From positions 81,271-145,270 of the forward strand of contig JAIOPO010000005.1 in the NCBI GenBank assembly GCA_021413905.1: DNA of 64,000 nt, read 5' to 3'. This stretch comes from Candidatus Nomurabacteria bacterium. GTDB lineage: Bacteria > Patescibacteriota > Minisyncoccia > Phycocordibacterales > UBA9973. Below, one piece after another: positions 1 through 9,688 of the stretch. Numbering within the stretch: position 1 is the first letter of the stretch; each line of letters begins with the position of its first letter. A program made the position numbers and the translations under genes. The notes under the pieces were generated by a model. That model was not told where the DNA came from, made no database searches, and saw only the letters and a program-made list of their open reading frames with translations.

Positions 1-3000
1 CCTGTTGTACCAGACAAAGTTAAAGTATGAGAACTTCCAGAAAGTGTAGCGCCAGAACCTATTGTTAAAACATTTGAAACAGTTAAATTCCCTCCTAGAG
101 TTTTTGTTCCACCTGTTGAAACAGTCAAATTATAATAAGGAGTAATTGTGCTTGAAATAGTTTGTGTCCCACTTAAATAATAATCCACAGTGGAACCGGA
201 ATTCAAATTTACAGTAGAAAATCCAGAAGGATATGAACCAGCAAAAGTCGAAGCTTCTACGCGAATAGTACCTGTCACATCCAAAGTATTTGAACCACTT
301 GCTACGAGCGCAGTTAGAGGGTCAAAAGTTCCCGCGGACACAGTGAGCGTGCCACTACTTGCAAAAGTCAAAGCCGATGAACCGCTGACACTTTTCACTC
401 CGGTCCCGCTTGAAGTTAAATTATAAAATGTAGTCGTGCCTGAATTTATCGTCGCGTCGCCATTACCGGAAAGTGTGACAGTCGAAGTCGCTTGTGTAAA
501 TGTTCCCGTGCGTGTAAATAAAGTCCCAGAAGTTCCATCTAATGTATAAGAAGCATTACCTGTTGAAGTCAGAGTTCCAGCAATATTAATTTTTCCAGTT
601 ACAATGCCTTCACTTGTTCCAACAGACAAAGTATTTCCGGATAAAATAGAAAGTGTTGGATTGGTATAAGAATTCCCCGTACCTTGCACAGACAAAATAC
701 TACTTGAAACAGACTGCATCACATCTTCATCATTACTAGATGTATAACTTGATAGATTTGTAATAGTTAAACTTGTATTTTGATTACTTCCTATACTAAG
801 CACTCCGGTATTCAAAACCATTCCGGTTATTGCTCCAGAACTTTGTTTTGTAATAGCAGTAGATTCATTTGCATTTGAAACACCATCTACATACACAGTC
901 ACTATATCTCCAGACACAGCCGTAACACTAGCTAAAGTCCAAGTTCCACCAGAAATAGTAGTACTTGTACCAGACAAAGTACCATTTACTGCCACTTTTA
1001 CGGTAGCTCCATTGTTGCCATCAGCTGTTCCTGAAATAGAAATACCGAACCAATTAGTATTATTACTTCCATCATAATCTGTACCGTCACTTGATATTGC
1101 ATTTCCACAAGAAGCATCAGAGCGAGAAACGTTTACATAAGAGACCGCTGTTTGTGTACCAGATACACACATACTCCATGTGCCAGAAACTGCTGAATTT
1201 CTAAAAAATATTTTAGTGCCACTGGCTTGTCCATTAAAATTAATATTGTTAAAAGTATAAGTGCCACCAGATAAATACTGAACACGCACCGATGCTGTGG
1301 TGATAGTATATGTACCAGTCGAAGTCATTGAAGCAGAAAAAATAATTGAAGGAGTAAAACCCGTTCTTTCGTCATCAGATGCATCAGATCCAGAATTATT
1401 TGTAATCGTTAAATTATAAAAAGCAGAACTTGATGTGAGTGTGCCAGAAATTGTTTGTTGCACTGAACCAGAAAGTAACACTGTGCCAGATCTAGCAGTA
1501 AATGTCCCACTATTAGACCAATTTCCCCCTAAAGATATTTGATAATTACTAACTGAAACATCAAGCGTCCCTGAAGAAATTGTTAAATCTCCATTTACTG
1601 TAACCGCTCCTCCAAGCGTAGCCGTTCCTCCTGCTCCTGATTTTGTAAGAGAATAATATGTGGCTGATTTTATAGTTTGAGAACTAGTAGAAGTATATTG
1701 TACAGTGTTACCCGTGGCTGTGGCTGTGAGTGTGGTTATAGTTGGTACTGTTCCAGAAAAAGTAAGGATTGCACTTGTGCCTTGAGTGACCGTCGTAGCA
1801 GAAGCACTTGAGGTCATCGTCAATCCTGTTGAAGTTGTAATATTATTTGTTAAATTAACATAAGAAATTCCCATTGCTGTCACAGCAGATGAATTGCTAT
1901 AAACTACTGTATTACCGGAAGCGCTCGCAGTCAAAGTTGTAATAGTCGGCAAAGAAGAACCGGTAAAAGTTAATATTGCATTTGTGCCTTGAGTTAAAGT
2001 TGTCACTGTCGGTTGTGTTCCTGAAAAAGTTAGACCGGTACCTGTGGTTACATTGTTCGTTAAATTTGTAATTGTAAAAGATTGTGTGCCGGAAATCGTT
2101 TGCGCATTTGTATCAAAAGTCCATGACCCTGAACCAGATTGAAAAGTACTTGTCGTATTATTAGTGAGTCCACCTCTAAAAACACAAGGACTATTTGCGG
2201 AAATATTAAAAATTGCACCGGAATTTACTGTTACAGTTCCAATAAAAGTATTAGTGCCTGTTACATTAGAATCTGTAAAATTACCTCCAGCACCAGTAAT
2301 AGTAGTTGTACCGGTCACAGTCAGGGTGGCATTAGCAATACTAAATGTTATCGCTCCAATAACCAAGTTTCCTCCTATAGTAACATTCTTTGCTCCACTA
2401 AATGTAGCATTTCCAGTAGCATTAAAATTGCCCGATGTCGTTAAATCTGAAGATAAATTAATAGGATTTGCATTATTAGAACTAAAACTACCCCAAACTG
2501 CTCCATTTGTATTTACTGTTACACCTGGACGAAAATCTAAACTCACATTAGAAACATGAGCACCTGCTGTCGCAGTCACAGTCCCATTAACTCTAAAAAG
2601 AGTTGTTCCAAATTGGACATTGTTATCCACAACAAGCATATTAACTGATGAGTTCAAACTAATATTGATAAGATTAGTGCTAGATGAAAATGAACCCGTG
2701 TATCCAGAAAAAGTTAAAGATTGAATTGTAATACCTGATGAAACAACAGAATCAGCATTTGCTGTAGTTCCTACACCATCAAAACAAACATCATCAGTAG
2801 ATCCCGGAGCAGCGACACGAATCGTCCCTCCTGAAGTAGCAGCCCAGTTTGTGGTAGGGCTAGCAGTCCAGCTTGTTGTTGTTCCACCTCCTATCCAATA
2901 TTTAGTACATGCCGCCGCCGCACTATGCGCAGAAAAAATAAAACAACAAAATGCAAAAACTAAAATTGCAAAAAATTTATAATTTATTTTCCTGAACACA

Positions 3001-3008
3001 ACATTCAT
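1..3008 (-). CDS. Large exported beta-strand-repeat surface protein (N-terminal >1000 aa; the C-terminus lies beyond the window start).
   Basis: ATG at 3008 on the minus strand followed by a hydrophobic signal peptide (MNVVFRKINYKFFAILVFAFCCFIFSAHSAAAA). The frame stays open to position 1, which is why it is absent from the ORF track. T/S/G/N-rich with recurring ~45-aa units (TQGT.AILTF.G..PTITTLTA.A.GNTV.Y). Confidence 0.7.
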   Translation of the reverse strand, partial: MNVVFRKINYKFFAILVFAFCCFIFSAHSAAAACTKYWIGGGTTTSWTASPTTNWAATSGGTIRVAAPGSTDDVCFDGVGTTANADSVVSSGITIQSLTFSGYTGSFSSSTNLINISLNSSVNMLVVDNNVQFGTTLFRVNGTVTATAGAHVSNVSLDFRPGVTVNTNGAVWGSFSSNNANPINLSSDLTTSGNFNATGNATFSGAKNVTIGGNLVIGAITFSIANATLTVTGTTTITGAGGNFTDSNVTGTNTFIGTVTVNSGAIFNISANSPCVFRGGLTNNTTSTFQSGSGSWTFDTNAQTISGTQSFTITNLTNNVTTGTGLTFSGTQPTVTTLTQGTNAILTFTGSSLPTITTLTASASGNTVVYSNSSAVTAMGISYVNLTNNITTSTGLTMTSSASATTVTQGTSAILTFSGTVPTITTLTATATGNTVQYTSTSSQTIKSATYYSLTKSGAGGTATLGGAVTVNGDLTISSGTLDVSVSNYQISLGGNWSNSGTFTARSGTVLLSGSVQQTISGTLTSSSAFYNLTITNNSGSDASDDERTGFTPSIIFSASMTSTGTYTITTASVRVQYLSGGTYTFNNINFNGQASGTKIFFRNSAVSGTWSMCVSGTQTAVSYVNVSRSDASCGNAISSDGTDYDGSNNTNWFGISISGTADGNNGATVKVAVNGTLSGTSTTISGGTWTLASVTAVSGDIVTVYVDGVSNANESTAITKQSSGAITGMVLNTGVLSIGSNQNTSLTITNLSSYTSSNDEDVMQSVSSSILSVQGTGNSYTNPTLSILSGNTLSVGTSEGIVTGKINIAGTLTSTGNASYTLDGTSGTLFTRTGTFTQATSTVTLSGNGDATINSGTTTFYNLTSSGTGVKSVSGSSALTFASSGTLTVSAGTFDPLTALVASGSNTLDVTGTIRVEASTFAGSYPSGFSTVNLNSGSTVDYYLSGTQTISSTITPYYNLTVSTGGTKTLGGNLTVSNVLTIGSGATLSGSSHTLTLSGTT

Positions 3009-3096
3009 ATGTAATAATTATACCATTTGAGAATTTAGATTCAAAGGAATATATAAAAAATATTATTGAAAATATTTTTTATAACACTAAGGTTTG

Positions 3097-3170
3097 TCCA
3101 CCCTCTTGGATTCGAACCAAGGACCCCAGAGGTATAAGCTCTGTGCTCTAACCAACTGAGCTAAGGGTGG
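3097..3170 (-). tRNA. tRNA with anticodon UAU (AUA-decoding tRNA-Ile type).
   Basis: Folds as a 74-nt cloverleaf on the minus strand: acceptor CCACCCT/AGGGTGG, U8, D-arm GCTC-AGTTGGTTA-GAGC with G18G19, anticodon arm CAGAG-CTTATAC-CTCTG (U33, anticodon TAT), T-arm CTTGG-TTCGAAT-CCAAG, discriminator A. No CCA is encoded. Confidence 0.7.
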
Positions 3171-3174
3171 ATAA

Positions 3175-3204
3175 ACAAATGTTTAAGATAAACATTTGTT
3201 ATTG
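3175..3204 (-). terminator. 11-bp AT-rich hairpin between the ftsH stop and the tRNA (terminator or processing site).
   Basis: acaaatgttta-agat-taaacatttgt inverted repeat, read directly from the sequence. Confidence 0.35.
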
Positions 3205-3254
3205 GCTATTTAAATACATTATATTATTTTTAACAAAAAAAACAAATACAAAAT

Positions 3255-5162
3255 CTACACTTCAAGTTTCTTTGGCAAAATACCATTTGCTATGATTATT
3301 TTTTCATAGTCTTCTTGCTCAAGAGTTTCAACTTCAATAAGCTTGTCAGCTATTGCTTTCAATGCTTTTTTGTTTTCAGTCAAAACTTTTTCTGCGGATT
3401 TCAAACCATCATTTATGATTCTTGAAACTTCAGAGTCAATCTTCATAGCGATGTCTTCTGAATATTCTTTTTCAACTGGATCATTCCATTGAGACTTTCC
3501 GCCATCACTGCTGAGAGCCACAGGTCCGATAACATCCGACATCCCCCACCTCGTCACCATAGCGCGAGCGAGGTTCGTCGCCACTTGCAAATCACTCGAA
3601 GGTCCTGTAGTAATATCTCCGAAAATCATTTTCTCCGCCACATATCCGCCAAGGGACATTGCTATGTCATCTATAAATTCTTTTTTGGATTGCAGTTTTC
3701 TTTCTTCGAGTGGAAGCTTCATTGTGTATCCGCCTGCACGTCCGCGAGCAACAATAGAAACTTTATGCACAGGGTCAGCGTATGGCAAGACAGAAGCCAC
3801 GAGCGCATGCCCCGCTTCGTGATATGCAGTAATTTCTTTTTCTTTTTTAGTAAGTAAATGACTTTTTCTTTCAGGTCCCATCATCACTTTTTCTATGGAG
3901 CGTATCAAATCAAATTGAAAAACTTTTTTTCTATTTTCACGCGCTGCCAATATCGCGGACTCATTCATAAGTGAAAACAAATCTGCGCCAGAAAAACCAG
4001 GTGTTCTCTCCGCAATTAATTTCAAATTGATATCTTCAGCCAATGGCTTTTTTAATGAGTGAATTTTTAAAATTTCTTCACGGTCTGCACGGTCAGGTAA
4101 ATCAAGAATAACTTTTCTATCGAAACGTCCCGGGCGAATGAGCGCAGGATCCAAAACATCCGGTCTATTTGTCGCCGCCATTACTATCACTTTATCATTT
4201 GGTTCAAAGCCATCCATCTCCACCAAGATTTGGTTCAATGTCTGCTCACGTTCGTCATTACCCCCACCAAAACCTCCTCCGCGAGTACGCCCTATCGCGT
4301 CTATTTCATCCACGAAAATAATAGCTGGAGCGGATTTCTTTGCCATTTTAAAAAGATCACGCACTCGACTCGCTCCCACACCCACAAACATTTCCACGAA
4401 TTCAGAACCGGATAAATGGAAAAATGGCACGCCTGCTTCCCCTGCTACGGCTCTTGCTAATAAAGTTTTTCCTGTACCAGGTGAACCAGTCAAAATAACT
4501 CCTTTTGGAATTCGCGCACCAATATCCAAAAACTTTTTCGGTGCTTTCAAAAAATCAACGATTTCTAAAAGTTCCTGTTTAGCTTCCTTATTGCCAGCGA
4601 CATCTTTAAATGTGACTTTGCTATTTTGATCATTTGGATCTGTTATGCGTGCTTTTGATTGACCGAAAGTAAAAGCTTGCATGCCTGAGCCTTTTACTTG
4701 TCTGGACATATACCAAAAGAAAAAAATTACAAAAATTACAGGTAGAGCAAATGGTAAAATATTTCCCAACCAAAACAAAACACCATTATCACTCTTTATT
4801 TTTACTTCAACAGCCTGCACAGCTTCGGCTTTTACACCATAATTATATAAAGTCTGAGATAAAGAAGACTCTATTTCTTTTTTAGATTTTTTAACATCGC
4901 CATTTTTGTATGCGATATTTAATTTATCAGCTTCAACAGCAATACTTTTCACTTCTCCAGAAGAAACACTTTTTGCTAAATCAGAAATAGGTATCTCTGG
5001 TATTTCTTTTGAAGAACTAGAAATTACCAAATATAAACCAGTAATCAGCATAAAAATCATAACTGCACCAAATATATTTCCAGTAAAATTTGGCTCTGCA
5101 TCTTTCTTTTTTCCTTTTTTATTCTCTTGTTTATTATTTAAAAAATTTAAATCCATTTTCAT
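3255..5162 (-). CDS. ftsH: ATP-dependent zinc metalloprotease FtsH.
   Basis: N-terminal TM segment, AAA Walker A GSPGTGKT, and zinc motif HEAGHA. Confidence 0.95.
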   Translation of the reverse strand: MKMDLNFLNNKQENKKGKKKDAEPNFTGNIFGAVMIFMLITGLYLVISSSSKEIPEIPISDLAKSVSSGEVKSIAVEADKLNIAYKNGDVKKSKKEIESSLSQTLYNYGVKAEAVQAVEVKIKSDNGVLFWLGNILPFALPVIFVIFFFWYMSRQVKGSGMQAFTFGQSKARITDPNDQNSKVTFKDVAGNKEAKQELLEIVDFLKAPKKFLDIGARIPKGVILTGSPGTGKTLLARAVAGEAGVPFFHLSGSEFVEMFVGVGASRVRDLFKMAKKSAPAIIFVDEIDAIGRTRGGGFGGGNDEREQTLNQILVEMDGFEPNDKVIVMAATNRPDVLDPALIRPGRFDRKVILDLPDRADREEILKIHSLKKPLAEDINLKLIAERTPGFSGADLFSLMNESAILAARENRKKVFQFDLIRSIEKVMMGPERKSHLLTKKEKEITAYHEAGHALVASVLPYADPVHKVSIVARGRAGGYTMKLPLEERKLQSKKEFIDDIAMSLGGYVAEKMIFGDITTGPSSDLQVATNLARAMVTRWGMSDVIGPVALSSDGGKSQWNDPVEKEYSEDIAMKIDSEVSRIINDGLKSAEKVLTENKKALKAIADKLIEVETLEQEDYEKIIIANGILPKKLEV

Positions 5163-5211
5163 ATATTATCATAAAATTACAAATAAAAAAAGGACATGAT
5201 TTCTCATGCCC

Positions 5212-5553
5212 CTATTTTTTTATTGGATAATATCCTTTGGCAAAACAAGTGCCAGTTTGGACGATTACAATCAATTTATCCTTTTGATAAAAATACTTAA
5301 AACCAAATTGTTTAGCAAATATAATTGACTCTTTGTTTGAAAGATGTAAATCTTTACATAAAGTCATCCCATGCTCAAAACAAATTGTGTCTCGTTTATT
5401 TTCTTCTTCAACAGGATAATCGACAGTACGAACAGGATTTATAACTTCTTTGTTTTTTTTATTACATTTACTCTGAGTAAATAAATAGAAAAACAACAAA
5501 ACGAAAACCGAAGTTAAAACAAGACCCCACTTATTTTTTAATTTACCAGACAT
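5212..5553 (-). CDS. Small exported hypothetical protein (signal peptide or TM anchor followed by Cys; lipoprotein-like).
   Basis: N-terminal hydrophobic segment LVLTSVFVLLFFYLFTQSKC. No recognisable family. Confidence 0.45.
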   Translation of the reverse strand: MSGKLKNKWGLVLTSVFVLLFFYLFTQSKCNKKNKEVINPVRTVDYPVEEENKRDTICFEHGMTLCKDLHLSNKESIIFAKQFGFKYFYQKDKLIVIVQTGTCFAKGYYPIKK

Positions 5554-5620
5554 AACGCCTCCTTTTTTTTAAAAAGATTAAACAACATCGTTCTAACAAA
5601 ACGATAGCATAAAATTAATT

Positions 5621-6014
5621 TTTGTGGAACTGACGAGAATTGAACTCGTGTGCAGAAGGTTTTTGCAAAGAAGTCTACATATTTAGCGCATTTTTTTGTT
5701 TAAATTTTAAAATTCTTAAATGAACAAAATATTTTAAAATCGAGTTCTAAATTTTAGTGAAATATGCGAACAAATATTTCCTTATCCCGATAATATTATA
5801 CCCATTCTCATATATCGGAAGTCTATGAGATGGACACCAGTTTGGCTTACGCGAAAGCTGGAGCGAAAGCAAAATCATTCATACCGAAGTATGGTGATGC
5901 TTTCACTTTAGAAGCTAATTTTGCAATTAACATTTGAACTAAGTTTTACGAGATTACGTTCATTCTCGATATGCATCAATAGCAAAAGGCCCACTGTCTA
6001 TGCCTTGCAGTCCC
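5621..6014 (-). ncRNA. ssrA: tmRNA (ssrA, transfer-messenger RNA).
   Basis: The 5' GGGACUG pairs with the 3' CAGUUCC, giving the G3:U70 tRNA-Ala identity pair. The 3' T-arm is ACGAG-TTCAATT-CTCGT followed by a 7-nt acceptor strand and discriminator A. An internal tag reading frame ends ...GMNDFAFAPAFA-UAA. It lies immediately downstream of and co-oriented with smpB. Confidence 0.75.
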
Positions 6015-6026
6015 AATATTTTATTT

Positions 6027-6479
6027 TCAACGTCCTTTATATTCTCTACGAAGCTCTCGGTCTGTGTCGCGTTTTTTTGTAGTTTCACGTTTATCGTATT
6101 TCTTTTTTCCTTTAACCAAAGCTATTTTGACTTTGATTTTTCTACCTTTATTATACACTGCTATTGGTACTATAGTCAAGCTTTTGTTTTTTTCAGTTTC
6201 TACGAGTTCTATGATTTCTTTTTTCGTCAGTAATAATTTTTTATTTCTTAAAGGATCATAATCTTTAGGTGCATTTTTTACTTGATATGGCGGAATATTT
6301 GCATTAATTAAAAAAGCCTCCCCCCCACGGATAACAATAAAAGCCCCTTCGAGAGACATTTTGCCATCACGAACTGATTTTACCTCAGTCCCTAAAAGCT
6401 CAATGCCAGATTCGTAGTTTTCCAAAATCTCATAATCAAAAAGCACTTTTCTATTTTCAGCATAATTTGCCATACACAC
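6027..6479 (-). CDS. smpB: SsrA-binding protein SmpB.
   Basis: The protein starting MANYAEN...GTEVKSVR is typical SmpB and it is adjacent to the tmRNA. The true start is probably the second or third Met. Confidence 0.9.
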   Translation of the reverse strand: MCMANYAENRKVLFDYEILENYESGIELLGTEVKSVRDGKMSLEGAFIVIRGGEAFLINANIPPYQVKNAPKDYDPLRNKKLLLTKKEIIELVETEKNKSLTIVPIAVYNKGRKIKVKIALVKGKKKYDKRETTKKRDTDRELRREYKGR

Positions 6480-6520
6480 ATAATATCATATTTGAATTTT
6501 TTTTATGTTAAAATAAAAAA

Positions 6521-7888
6521 ATGTCAAAATTAAATGTTTCTGGATATAGAGGAATATGGGGACAAGATTTAAACGAAAAAATTGCTTTTGAATATGGTTT
6601 GGCTTTTGCAAGATTAATAAAAAGTCAGCAACCAACAAAAAAATGTAAAATTTTAATAGGTAGAGACGCACGAAAAACAGGACCGCAAATATTGGAAGCT
6701 TTTCGGCAAGCATTTGCAAAAGAAAAAATAGATTTTGAATATGCAGGGATTATACCTACTCCTTCGATATTATTATTGGTTAAAAAATTATCTTTCGATG
6801 GAGGTGTGATGATCACTGCTTCGCACAATCCTCCTGAATACAATGGAATGAAGTTCATAAACAATGCAGGGCTTTTTGCCACGCAAGATGAAATTGAAAA
6901 AATAATAAATCTACTCCCCCTTCAAGAGAAGAACCAAGTAGTCAATCTTGAGGTCTTGCCTAAAGAGTTTGAAAACGAAAAATACAGAAAAATACACATA
7001 GATGAAATATTGGAAAATGTGGATATTGAAAAAATAAAAAGTAAAAAATTCAAAATCGCGCACGATCCGATAAATAGTGCCGGCAGTGTCATCACAATGG
7101 AATTACTACAAAATTTGGGTTGTGAAGTTTTTCAAATAAATGAAAACCAAAACGGAGATTTTGCTCATATACCGGAGCCTATCGCGCAAAATCTAGGACA
7201 ACTGTCTGAAGCTGTAATAAAAAACAAAACTGACATAGGTTTTGCTCAAGACCCGGACGCAGACAGATTGGTAATGGTAAATGAAAAAGGAGAAATATTA
7301 AACGAAGAATACACATTAGCACTTGCAATAAAAAATATTTTACAAAAAAATTCCAAAGAAAAAAATGCTGTGGTTATAAATATGTCCACTTCAAATATAT
7401 CTGCAGATATTGCAAAAGAAAATAATGCGGAAATCTTTCGCACAAAAATCGGTGAAGCAAATGTGGTAAACAAAATGAAAGAAATAAATGCAATTATCGG
7501 AGGTGAAGGTAGTGGTGGTGTTATCTATCCAAAAATAAATACTGCGAGAGACAGTCTAGTAGGTATTGCTCTCACTCTTGAACTAATGGCAAATTTAAAT
7601 AAAAGTATTTCTGAAATAATAAATGAATTTCCTAAATATTTCATAAAAAAAGACAAAATTGCTTTTACAGGAGAATTGAATTTAATTTATGAAAAAATGA
7701 AAAAGACTTTTGAAAATGCTGAAATTAATACATTGGACGGCCTCAGATTTGACTGGAATGATTCTTCTTGGTTACATATAAGACCATCCAACACAGAGCC
7801 AATAATACGTATATTTTGTGAAGCAAAAAGCCAAAAACGCATAGATACCATATTGGAACAAATAAAGTTGACTTTAAGCGAGCAATAA
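6521..7888 (+). CDS. Alpha-D-phosphohexomutase (phosphoglucosamine mutase / phosphomannomutase type).
   Basis: Active-site serine loop ITASHNPPEYNGMKF; ~455 aa. Confidence 0.8.
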   Translation: MSKLNVSGYRGIWGQDLNEKIAFEYGLAFARLIKSQQPTKKCKILIGRDARKTGPQILEAFRQAFAKEKIDFEYAGIIPTPSILLLVKKLSFDGGVMITASHNPPEYNGMKFINNAGLFATQDEIEKIINLLPLQEKNQVVNLEVLPKEFENEKYRKIHIDEILENVDIEKIKSKKFKIAHDPINSAGSVITMELLQNLGCEVFQINENQNGDFAHIPEPIAQNLGQLSEAVIKNKTDIGFAQDPDADRLVMVNEKGEILNEEYTLALAIKNILQKNSKEKNAVVINMSTSNISADIAKENNAEIFRTKIGEANVVNKMKEINAIIGGEGSGGVIYPKINTARDSLVGIALTLELMANLNKSISEIINEFPKYFIKKDKIAFTGELNLIYEKMKKTFENAEINTLDGLRFDWNDSSWLHIRPSNTEPIIRIFCEAKSQKRIDTILEQIKLTLSEQ

Positions 7889-7933
7889 GCTATTATTCTA
7901 AATACCTAAGGCCCCAAAGGCTTTATAATAAAA

Positions 7934-8440
7934 TTGCGTGAAAGAATAAACAATCAAATAAGAGCCAAAGAACTTCGAGTTATCGACAACGAAAACAAGA
8001 ATATTGGCGTCTTGAGCTTCAAAGAAGCTTTAGATATGGCCCAAAATATGGGTCTTGATTTGATTGAAATTTCTCCAGAAGGTAACCCTCCTGTCGCAAA
8101 AATAGCGGATTTCGGTAAATATCAATACGAGCAAAGCAAAAAGTTAAAAAAAGCTAAAGCTAATGCTAAATCTACCGAAACAAAATCCATACAAGTAAAG
8201 ATCGGCACTGGTGACCATGACCTTGAACTAAAAGCAAAAACTGCTTCAAAATGGATCAAGGAAGGTCATAGAATAAAAGTCGAGCTTTTCCTTTCAGGAC
8301 GAGCAAAATACATGGATGAAAAGTTTTTAAGAGAAAGATTAGACAGAGTTTTGCACTTAATAACAGAAAATTACAAAATTTCTGATTCATATAAAAAAGG
8401 TCCAAAAGGTATAACTGTTACAATAGAAAAAGACAAATAA
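7934..8440 (+). CDS. infC: Translation initiation factor IF-3.
   Basis: IF3 N- and C-domain sequence. The in-frame start codon is TTG at 7934. Sits in the conserved infC-rpmI-rplT operon. Confidence 0.9.
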   Translation: MRERINNQIRAKELRVIDNENKNIGVLSFKEALDMAQNMGLDLIEISPEGNPPVAKIADFGKYQYEQSKKLKKAKANAKSTETKSIQVKIGTGDHDLELKAKTASKWIKEGHRIKVELFLSGRAKYMDEKFLRERLDRVLHLITENYKISDSYKKGPKGITVTIEKDK

Positions 8441-8463
8441 TTTTAAAATAAACAAAAAAATTT

Positions 8464-8658
8464 ATGAAAGGAATGAAAACAAACAAATCATATGCAAAGA
8501 GATTAAAAATTTCCAAAAATGGAAAGATTAAAGCTCGCAAACCTGGCTTTAACCATTTCAATGCGAAACAATCCCGTAACACACAACTAGCTGGCAGAAA
8601 AGGCACTAATTTTGTTATCAAGAACAAACCGAAAAGTCATTTGTTGCCTTTCAGTTAA
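8464..8658 (+). CDS. rpmI: 50S ribosomal protein L35.
   Basis: Small basic protein with MKTNKSYAKRLKISKNGKIKARKPG, located between infC and rplT. Confidence 0.85.
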   Translation: MKGMKTNKSYAKRLKISKNGKIKARKPGFNHFNAKQSRNTQLAGRKGTNFVIKNKPKSHLLPFS

Positions 8659-8681
8659 TTTATAAATTTTAATTAAATCAT

Positions 8682-9026
8682 ATGACAAGAGTAAAAAAAG
8701 GAGTACATGCGTTAAAGAGAAGAAGAAGTGTTTTAAAACAAACAAAGGGTTTTAGACATGGACGAAGCACAAAAGAAAGACAAGCAAAAGATGCTTTACT
8801 TCACGCTGGAGCTTATTCTTTCGCACACCGTAAAGACAAAAAAGGGCACAATAGAACTCTTTGGAATATTAAAATCAATGCTGGTTCTCGTGAGCTCGGC
8901 ATGACTTACTCCACACTTATCTCTGCATTAACTAAAAAGAACATAATGCTAAACCGCAAAATGCTCGCAGACTTCGCAGAAAATCACCCAGAAACATTTT
9001 CTCGAGTTATCGCAAACGTAAAATAA
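8682..9026 (+). CDS. rplT: 50S ribosomal protein L20.
   Basis: MTRVKKGVHALKRRRSVLK...GYRGRR-like L20 sequence. Confidence 0.9.
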   Translation: MTRVKKGVHALKRRRSVLKQTKGFRHGRSTKERQAKDALLHAGAYSFAHRKDKKGHNRTLWNIKINAGSRELGMTYSTLISALTKKNIMLNRKMLADFAENHPETFSRVIANVK

Positions 9027-9037
9027 ATACTATCAAA

Positions 9038-9066
9038 AAGCCCCCGCCGTAGGCGGGGGCTTTTTG
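9038..9066. terminator. Bidirectional intrinsic terminator (gcccccgcc-gtag-ggcgggggc flanked by A/T runs).
   Basis: 9-bp GC stem followed by tttttg; on the complement it follows the stop of the 9068 gene. Confidence 0.75.
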
Positions 9067-9067
9067 A

Positions 9068-9670
9068 TTACATCTTAAACTCTGCGATTTTGTCTTTCAT
9101 CACCAGCTCGATGACTTTTGCTACGAGAACTTTCGGATCTGAATCAAAAACAATTTTATCATTTGTCCTGTGTCCTTTTTCAATAATAACCTTCAATTCT
9201 TCAGCCATTTCCCAACCTGGATCTTCTAAAACTCCAATAGGTTTACCATCCTCAAAAGCCACGGTAAATTCGTGAATAGTACCAATACGTCCGCAACCAA
9301 TAAATATCGCATCAGTGGAACGCACGAGCAAGATATCTCGCATTGCGTAACCAAAACCTGTATAAATAACTAAATCCATATAATCCACAGGAAGTTTATA
9401 AACTTCCACATGTTCTTTTTCAGTTGCAGCTGGTGAAAGCCCAATAGAAATACCTCCCACTTCTTTCGCACCCATAGCAGACCATAAAGGAAAACCTGTA
9501 GTAGCACCTGTGACCAATATCCCCCCTTGTCGCACTATTTCTGCACCAAGTTCTTTTGCTTTTCTTAATGCATCATTACCACAATGCCCTGTATCTGCTG
9601 CTCCTGAAACACAAAGTTTTAATTGTCTATGCCCATGTTTTGCATAGGGATTTGCTGAAAGTATATCCAT
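9068..9670 (-). CDS. LOG / TIGR00725-family Rossmann-fold protein.
   Basis: Motifs VTGATTGFPLWSAMGA and GCGRIGTIHEF match the LOG-family GGG..G / PGG.GT..E signatures. Confidence 0.55.
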   Translation of the reverse strand: MDILSANPYAKHGHRQLKLCVSGAADTGHCGNDALRKAKELGAEIVRQGGILVTGATTGFPLWSAMGAKEVGGISIGLSPAATEKEHVEVYKLPVDYMDLVIYTGFGYAMRDILLVRSTDAIFIGCGRIGTIHEFTVAFEDGKPIGVLEDPGWEMAEELKVIIEKGHRTNDKIVFDSDPKVLVAKVIELVMKDKIAEFKM

Positions 9671-9688
9671 AAAATTATTTTAACATAA

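Noticed and set aside
190-2559. Plus-strand ORFs (190-426, 2139-2444, 2164-2559) near the window start.
   Set aside because: They are antisense to the long minus-strand signal-peptide/repeat protein, whose frame is open from 3008 to position 1. Their composition reflects the complement of the T/S/G-rich repeats.
3489-5199. Plus-strand ORFs inside ftsH (3489-3857, 4138-4629, 4230-4415, 4906-5199).
   Set aside because: Antisense to a confidently identified ftsH; no independent signals.
6000-6261. Small plus-strand ORFs 6000-6233 and 6064-6261.
   Set aside because: They overlap the tmRNA 5' end and smpB on the opposite strand; low-complexity F/S-rich translations.
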